This document shows positions 58,594 to 64,000 of a stretch of 64,000 nucleotides of DNA, piece by piece (the stretch's first letter is position 1; every line of letters starts with the position of its first letter). Below the pieces are notes generated by a model. The model had not been told where the DNA came from and made no database searches. It saw only the letters and a program-made list of their open reading frames with translations. Source of the DNA: Candidatus Kerfeldbacteria bacterium (GTDB taxonomy: Bacteria > Patescibacteriota > Patescibacteriia > UBA10025 > JAHIVO01). Made by a program: the position numbers and the translations under genes. The stretch covers positions 399,154 to 463,153 of the forward strand of contig CP181398.1 of assembly GCA_047946875.1 (NCBI GenBank), read 5' to 3'.

Positions 58594-58986
58594 ATGGCAG
58601 CACGTATTGCAGGGGTAACCTTGCCACAAAAAAAGAGAATAGAAATAGCCTTAACTTATATTTATGGTATAGGATTAGAAACTTCTAAACTAATATTAGA
58701 AATTGCAAAAATTAATCCTGATACAAAAACTGATATATTATCTGATCAAGATGTAAATAAGTTAAGAGATATTATTGAAAGTGATCACAAAGTTGAAGGT
58801 GAATTACGAAGAGATTTACTCCTTAATGTAAAAAGACTAAAAGAAATAGGATCTTATCGTGGTACTAGACATACAAAAGGATTGCCAGCAAGAGGGCAAA
58901 GAACAAAAACAAATTGTCGAACAGTCAGAGGTAATACAAGGCGTACTATGGGGTCTGGAAGAGTAAAAGCTGACGCTAAAAAATAA
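58594..58986 (+). CDS. rpsM: 30S ribosomal protein S13
   Basis: ARIAGVTLP...GSYRGTRH S13 signature. Confidence 0.9.
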   Translation: MAARIAGVTLPQKKRIEIALTYIYGIGLETSKLILEIAKINPDTKTDILSDQDVNKLRDIIESDHKVEGELRRDLLLNVKRLKEIGSYRGTRHTKGLPARGQRTKTNCRTVRGNTRRTMGSGRVKADAKK

Positions 58987-58998
58987 TAAGTAAATAAT

Positions 58999-59397
58999 AT
59001 GGTAACAGCTACAAAAACAACAAAAAAGAGCAAGAATAAGAAAAAGAAGTTTATACCAAATGGTAAAGCTTTTATTCAAGCGACTTATAATAATACAATT
59101 GTAACTATAACAGATATGGATGGTAATACAGTTGCTTGGTCTTCAGCTGGTCAACTTGGATTTAAAGGGCCAAAAAAAGCAACACCTTATGCAGCCGGTA
59201 TTATTGTGAAAAGTGTAGTTGAGAAAATTCAAAGCGCTGGTTTAAAAAGCGTTGATGTATTTGTAAAAGGTGTTGGATCCGGAAGAGAAGCTGCTATTCG
59301 TGCTTTGAATGCAAATAATATAACTGTACAATCTATTAAAGATGTAACGCCAATTCCACATAATGGATGTCGTCCAAAGAAAGTAAGAAGAGTATAA
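58999..59397 (+). CDS. rpsK: 30S ribosomal protein S11
   Basis: A canonical S11 core following a K-rich N-terminus. Confidence 0.9.
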   Translation: MVTATKTTKKSKNKKKKFIPNGKAFIQATYNNTIVTITDMDGNTVAWSSAGQLGFKGPKKATPYAAGIIVKSVVEKIQSAGLKSVDVFVKGVGSGREAAIRALNANNITVQSIKDVTPIPHNGCRPKKVRRV

Positions 59398-59401
59398 AAA
59401 T

Positions 59402-60037
59402 ATGGCAAGAAATTTAGACCCTAAATGTAAACAGTGTAGAAGAGCTAATGAAAAACTATTCCTAAAAGGAGAAAGATGTTTTTCTAGTAAATGTGCAATG
59501 GTAAAAAGAAATTATCCACCTGGAATGCATGGACCAAAAGGAACGGGTAGATTATCTCAATTTGGATTACAGTTAAAAGAGAAACAAAAACTTGTTAAAT
59601 CTTATAGATTACTTGAAAAACAATTTAGAAATTATTTTGTAGAAGCAAAAAAAATTAAAGAAGGTACTACTGGTGATAACTTATTAAAATTTCTTGAAAT
59701 GAGACTTGATAATGCAATATATAGGTTAGGTATTGCTAAATCGAGGGATAAAGCAAGGCAAATGGTAACACATGGCCACGTTTTAGTTAATGGTAAAAAA
59801 GTGGATATCCCATCTTACCAAATAAAAACGAATCAAACTATAGGTATTAGAAAAGAAAGTTTAAATAATAAATTGTTCAAAGATATTGTTAAAAAAATCA
59901 ATAAAAAAGATATACCTACTTGGATTTCATTTATTAATGAAAATGATCTAGAAGCAAAAGTACTTAGCGCGCCAACAAAAGATGATTTGCCTGACGGTTT
60001 TGATATGGCGATGATTGTAGAATATTATTCAAGATAA
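59402..60037 (+). CDS. rpsD: 30S ribosomal protein S4
   Basis: An N-terminal zinc-ribbon-like segment (CKQCRR...C..C) and the S4 domain. Confidence 0.9.
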   Translation: MARNLDPKCKQCRRANEKLFLKGERCFSSKCAMVKRNYPPGMHGPKGTGRLSQFGLQLKEKQKLVKSYRLLEKQFRNYFVEAKKIKEGTTGDNLLKFLEMRLDNAIYRLGIAKSRDKARQMVTHGHVLVNGKKVDIPSYQIKTNQTIGIRKESLNNKLFKDIVKKINKKDIPTWISFINENDLEAKVLSAPTKDDLPDGFDMAMIVEYYSR

Positions 60038-60067
60038 ATAATTACAAATAATTATATACAAAAATAT

Positions 60068-60862
60068 ATGGAAAATATACAACTACCAGATAAATACGAA
60101 GTAAAAAAGACAGGCGATAATCAAGCAGATGTAATTATTGAACCCTGCTATCCTGGCTATGGCTCTACTTTAGGTAATGCCTTAAGAAGAGTTTTGTTAT
60201 CTTCATTAACTGGTGTCGCTGTAACAGCAATAAAAATCAAAAGTGTAGACCATGAATTTTCAACCATTCCAGGTGTTAAAGAAGATGTAGTTGAAATTAT
60301 ATTAAATATTAAAAGATTAAGATTTAATTTACATGGTGTAGATGAATCAAAGGTAACACTAAAAATTAAAGGTGAGACGATAGCTAAAGGTAAGGATATT
60401 AAAGCCACTAGTGAGGTAGATATTATTTCTACTGAAGCTGAAATAGCTACATTAACATCAAAAGATGCAGAATTAGAAATAGAGTTTATATTAAAGAAAG
60501 GTAGGGGGTATTTACCAGTTGAAAATATTGAAAAAAAGAAATTTCAATTAGGTACTATAGCAATCGATGCAATATTTACTCCGATTAAAATGGTAAACTA
60601 CAAAATAGAAAATGTAAGAGTAGGTAAAATGACTAATTTTGATAGATTGGTATTATCCATTGTAACCGATGGTTCAATAACACCTGACGAATCTGTAAAA
60701 ATGGCTTCTGATATTTTAGTAGATCATTTTAAGAAAATCACAAATCCTGAAAGTTCAGCCAAAGAAGTTGTAGAAGATATTGAAAAAAAAGAAGTAAAAG
60801 ATGAAAAAACCAAAGATGAAGAAAAACCTAAGAAAAAAAGAGGACGTCCTAAGAAAGAATAA
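60068..60862 (+). CDS. rpoA: DNA-directed RNA polymerase alpha subunit, short form (NTD only; K/E-rich AT-hook-like tail instead of the alpha-CTD)
   Basis: The alpha NTD (GYGSTLGNALRRVLLSSLTGVAVTAIKI) is present. The protein is 264 aa and ends ...KPKKKRGRPKKE. Confidence 0.85.
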   Translation: MENIQLPDKYEVKKTGDNQADVIIEPCYPGYGSTLGNALRRVLLSSLTGVAVTAIKIKSVDHEFSTIPGVKEDVVEIILNIKRLRFNLHGVDESKVTLKIKGETIAKGKDIKATSEVDIISTEAEIATLTSKDAELEIEFILKKGRGYLPVENIEKKKFQLGTIAIDAIFTPIKMVNYKIENVRVGKMTNFDRLVLSIVTDGSITPDESVKMASDILVDHFKKITNPESSAKEVVEDIEKKEVKDEKTKDEEKPKKKRGRPKKE

Positions 60863-60880
60863 ATAAATAATAATTTTACA

Positions 60881-61231
60881 ATGAGACATAGAAGTACAAA
60901 AAAGAGAATGGGACGTAAGGCTAATCATCGAAAGATGTTAATTAGGAATTTAGCTAAATCTTTTTTTACTTATGAAAAAATTGAAACAACTGTTGCAAAA
61001 GCAAAATTCATGAAACCATATGTAGAAAAAATTATTACAACAGGGAAGAAAGATACACTAACTTCAAGAAGATTGATATTAAAAAAATTAGGTACCAACA
61101 AATTAGCAGAAAAAATATTAAAAGATATTTCACCAAGATATGCTGATAAAAAAGGCGGTTATACTAGAATTACGAAAATTGGAGTAAGAAAAGGTGATGG
61201 TGCTGAGACAGTTTATTTAACATTAGTATAA
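60881..61231 (+). CDS. rplQ: 50S ribosomal protein L17
   Basis: MRHRSTKKRMGRKANHRKML... L17 signature. Confidence 0.9.
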   Translation: MRHRSTKKRMGRKANHRKMLIRNLAKSFFTYEKIETTVAKAKFMKPYVEKIITTGKKDTLTSRRLILKKLGTNKLAEKILKDISPRYADKKGGYTRITKIGVRKGDGAETVYLTLV

Positions 61232-61234
61232 ATT

Positions 61235-61594
61235 ATGACCAAAGATGATATCATTAAATATGAAGTAGATGCTGAAGGAGAAGCATTGGGTAGGGTAGCT
61301 ACAAAGGTAGCAACTTATCTGCTGGGTAAAAATTTACCAAGCTATCAACCAAATAAGGTAGCCAATGTTTTAGTTGAAATTAGTAACATTGATAAAGTTA
61401 AAACTTCTCAAAAAAAACTAAAAGATACAATTATATATACTCACTCAGGTTATCCTGGTGGATTAAAAGAAAAAAAATGGATGGTATTGTTTAATAAAAA
61501 TCCAGAATTATTGTTTATGAAAGTAGTAAATAATATGGTTCCATCAAATCGATTAAAAAAGGAGATACTTAAGAATATAAAGTTTGTAAAATAA
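61235..61594 (+). CDS. rplM: 50S ribosomal protein L13 (short form)
   Basis: GRVATKVATYLLGK...THSGYPGG L13 motifs. Confidence 0.8.
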   Translation: MTKDDIIKYEVDAEGEALGRVATKVATYLLGKNLPSYQPNKVANVLVEISNIDKVKTSQKKLKDTIIYTHSGYPGGLKEKKWMVLFNKNPELLFMKVVNNMVPSNRLKKEILKNIKFVK

Positions 61595-61600
61595 TTAATT

Positions 61601-62140
61601 ATGCCAACAAAAATTACCACAGATATAAAAGCCACAAAAAAAACAGTTAAAAAGACGACTGTTAAACCGAAGGCTGTCAAGAAAACAACTGTTAAGAAAG
61701 TAACTAAGGATCCTAAAAAAGTAGTAAAACCAACAGTTAAAAAAACAAAAGTTGATTATATTTATGCTGTTGGACGAAGAAAGCAATCTGTTGCTAGAGT
61801 TCGTTATTATATTAAGGGTGATGGTGAAATAATTATAAATACTAAAGATTATAAAACTTATTTTCCATATTTTGAATATCAAAAAATAATTGAAGGTCCT
61901 CTAAAATTGGTTGATAAATTAGGAAAAGGTAAGGTAACTGTAAAAGTAGTTGGTGGAGGTATTAAGGGTCAAGCTGACAGCATTAAACTTGGTATAAGCA
62001 GAATAATACTAAAAATTGATGAGGCAAATAGACCTTTATTAAGAGCAAATAAATTATTAACAAGAGACCCTAGAGTAAAAGAACGTAAGAAATATGGTTT
62101 GAAGAAAGCTAGAAGAGCTCCACAATGGGCAAAAAGATAA
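61601..62140 (+). CDS. rpsI: 30S ribosomal protein S9 (with ~45-aa Lys-rich N-terminal extension)
   Basis: YAVGRRKQSVARV... ending ...RRAPQWAKR. Confidence 0.85.
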   Translation: MPTKITTDIKATKKTVKKTTVKPKAVKKTTVKKVTKDPKKVVKPTVKKTKVDYIYAVGRRKQSVARVRYYIKGDGEIIINTKDYKTYFPYFEYQKIIEGPLKLVDKLGKGKVTVKVVGGGIKGQADSIKLGISRIILKIDEANRPLLRANKLLTRDPRVKERKKYGLKKARRAPQWAKR

Positions 62141-62144
62141 ACAA

Positions 62145-63674
62145 ATGTCTGAGAATAATCAAAATAATAATACTCAGTCACAATCTAAAATTCTGAAAAA
62201 TACAAGCTATCTAACCGTAGCTTTTATTTTACAAAAAATACTTTCTTTTATATATTTTATATATTTAGCGAGATATCTAGGTCCGCTTGATTTAGGTTTA
62301 TATGATCCTGTAAAATCATTAATACCAATTTTTCTAATATTAATAGATTTTAGTTTAAGTGTAGTTTTGGTTCGTGAAATTGCAAGGAAGCCAGAGAATA
62401 CTGAAAAATATCTCAGTACAGTATTGAGTATAAAATTCATCACCGCCTTTGTTATGATATTAGCAATGGGTTTGTATACAAATTTTTCAAATTTTTCAAG
62501 TCTTATCAAAATTATTTTATATTTAGATGCAATTATAGTAGCTCTTGATACTTTCACTATTACTTTTTTTGCAGTATTTAGGGGGTTGCAGAATATGAAA
62601 TACGAGTCAATGGGTATTATAGGTACACAGGTATTGACAATCATTTTTGGTGTTACAAGTATGTTATTGGGTTGGGGATTGCAAACATTATTTATTGCTG
62701 TATTAATAGGAAGTGTTTTTAATTTCATTTTTTCTTTTGCTATGTTAAAAAGAAAATTAAAAATTAAAATTAGTTTCAGATGGGACAAGGAATTAATGAA
62801 AAGATTTTTAAAGATAGCGTTACCTTTTGCTCTGGCTGCAATTTTTGTCAAAATATATACTTATACTGATAGATTTATGCTATTGTATATTGCTGGACAG
62901 CGTTATGTTGGATGGTATGTTACCGCTCACAAATTAACTTATGCATTAGAATTTATACCATCTGCATTTGCTGTAAGTATATTTCCTGCGATGAGTGCAT
63001 ACTTTGTTTATTCTAAGGACAAGTTGGCGAATACTTTTGAAAAAGCCATGCACTACTTAATGATATTATCTATACCTGTGTCGATTGGTATATTTGTTTT
63101 AGCTGAACGAATTGTACTTTCACTATATGGTGAGGCGTTTGAAGCTTCAATCTTTCCATTAAGAATATTGATAGTTGGTTTAATTGTAGTTTTTTTAAAT
63201 TTTCCAGTTGGCGCATTTTTGAATGCATGTAATAAGCAAGTAGTTAATACAAAAAATATGGCGATTACTGTTGTTATTAATGTTATTTTAAATGTATTAT
63301 TAATTAAATATTTTACATTTAATGGTGCAGCTTTTGCGGCTATGATTAGTGGTTTTGTTTTATTCTTTTTAGGCTTGCGTCATGTAAGTAAGGTTATTCA
63401 CTATAATAAAAAGTACTTATTTCAAACTTTAGTAAAAACAATATTATCTGGTGCTGTTATGGCTGTTATATTATATTTCTTTAGTACTAATATTGATATC
63501 AATCTAAATCTTGGGTCTTTATCATTTATGGATAACATTAATTCATTTCTATCTTTAGGCATATATATATTAGTTGGAGCTTTCGCATATTTTGTTACAC
63601 TTTATTTATTTAAAGGGATCACAAAAGATGACTTGTTATTCATTTACAATAAATTGTTAAAAAGAAAGGTATGA
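62145..63674 (+). CDS. oligosaccharide/polysaccharide flippase (Wzx-like, MOP superfamily)
   Basis: About 14 TM helices with a polysaccharide-biosynthesis-protein-like topology. A glycosyltransferase gene lies downstream. Confidence 0.65.
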   Translation: MSENNQNNNTQSQSKILKNTSYLTVAFILQKILSFIYFIYLARYLGPLDLGLYDPVKSLIPIFLILIDFSLSVVLVREIARKPENTEKYLSTVLSIKFITAFVMILAMGLYTNFSNFSSLIKIILYLDAIIVALDTFTITFFAVFRGLQNMKYESMGIIGTQVLTIIFGVTSMLLGWGLQTLFIAVLIGSVFNFIFSFAMLKRKLKIKISFRWDKELMKRFLKIALPFALAAIFVKIYTYTDRFMLLYIAGQRYVGWYVTAHKLTYALEFIPSAFAVSIFPAMSAYFVYSKDKLANTFEKAMHYLMILSIPVSIGIFVLAERIVLSLYGEAFEASIFPLRILIVGLIVVFLNFPVGAFLNACNKQVVNTKNMAITVVINVILNVLLIKYFTFNGAAFAAMISGFVLFFLGLRHVSKVIHYNKKYLFQTLVKTILSGAVMAVILYFFSTNIDINLNLGSLSFMDNINSFLSLGIYILVGAFAYFVTLYLFKGITKDDLLFIYNKLLKRKV

Positions 63675-64000
63675 AAAAAACTTTATTAATCACTTCATAT
63701 TTTCCACCAAGAAAAGGGGGTATTAGTAATTTTTTATTAAATATATTTAATTCATTTGATAATGACTTTTTTGTTTTGACTGATCAATTTAGTGCCAGTA
63801 AAACAAATAATAGAATTATTAGATTTAGTTTTTTTTCAAAAATAATTTGGCCAAGATGGCTACCACTAGTATATAAGATATATAAACAAATTAAGTTAAA
63901 TAATATAGAATTATTACAGGCTGGTCAGTTGATTCCGATTGGTACAATTTGTTATCTTTTGAATAAAATGATTGGTATCAAATACCATGTTTATGTATAT
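63671..64000 (+). CDS. glycosyltransferase family 4 (N-terminal part; continues past window end)
   Basis: MKKTLLITSYFPPRKGGISNF is a typical GT4 N-terminal motif. The ORF is open at the window edge. Confidence 0.6.
   Translation, partial: MKKTLLITSYFPPRKGGISNFLLNIFNSFDNDFFVLTDQFSASKTNNRIIRFSFFSKIIWPRWLPLVYKIYKQIKLNNIELLQAGQLIPIGTICYLLNKMIGIKYHVYVY

Noticed and set aside
58594-62140. Minus-strand ORFs across the ribosomal operon, including 58837-59079, 61450-61680 and 61595-61882.
   Set aside because: They overlap highly conserved ribosomal protein genes on the opposite strand, are low-complexity, and lack start signals. They are spurious antisense ORFs.
1-64000. tRNA, rRNA or tmRNA genes.
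   Set aside because: No GGTTCGA-type T-loop / acceptor-stem combinations or rRNA-like conserved blocks were seen in any intergenic region. GC-rich intergenic blocks (4430-4565, 24700-24955) did not fit tRNA, tmRNA, RNase P or SRP consensus elements by eye.
1-64000. Alternative genetic code with UGA recoded, as in Gracilibacteria/Absconditabacteria.
   Set aside because: Long conserved genes (secA, RND, alaS, secD) are complete and uninterrupted under the standard code.

Overview
This is an AT-rich (about 30% GC) bacterial window with CPR/Patescibacteria-like gene content. The phylum call is inference from a truncated AlaRS, short rpoA/rplM, and K-rich tails on IF-1 and S9. It uses the standard genetic code.

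Layout:
- Positions 1-22200 are mostly core genes: murB (3' part), secA, an ABC-2 transporter, rdgB, dsbB-like, an RND pump, an ECF sigma factor, and a MacB/FtsX-type ABC cluster.
- Positions 22200-41200 are a repeat-rich, GC-heterogeneous accessory island. It is bounded by ~265/325-bp inverted repeats at 22845-23109 and 40839-41163, with a third partial copy at 23897-24083.
- Positions 41200-64000 return to core genes: alkD-like, mscS, a YtxJ-like thioredoxin, an L,D-transpeptidase, secDF, mnmA, alaS, and the infA-rpmJ-rpsM-rpsK-rpsD-rpoA-rplQ-rplM-rpsI ribosomal block. This stretch also carries a VirD4-like ATPase, a dual-specificity phosphatase and an OLD-family nuclease.

The main candidate system is a tightly coupled minus-strand gene pair inside the island:
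- A 1292-aa MoxR/AAA_5-like ATPase with an N-terminal beta-propeller-like region plus coiled coil, and non-canonical Walker A (GTGKD) and Walker B (NE) motifs.
- A 1049-aa protein that fuses a transglutaminase-like Cys-His-Asp core, a long acidic low-complexity linker, and a C-terminal vWA (MIDAS) domain.

Other island content:
- Several horizontally acquired-looking genes at ~43-46% GC: a FAD oxidoreductase, a 4x Cys-rich-repeat lipoprotein, and small zinc-ribbon proteins.
- A PD-(D/E)xK-like gene and three families of structured intergenic repeats.

No tRNA, rRNA, CRISPR array, integrase or transposase was recognised.
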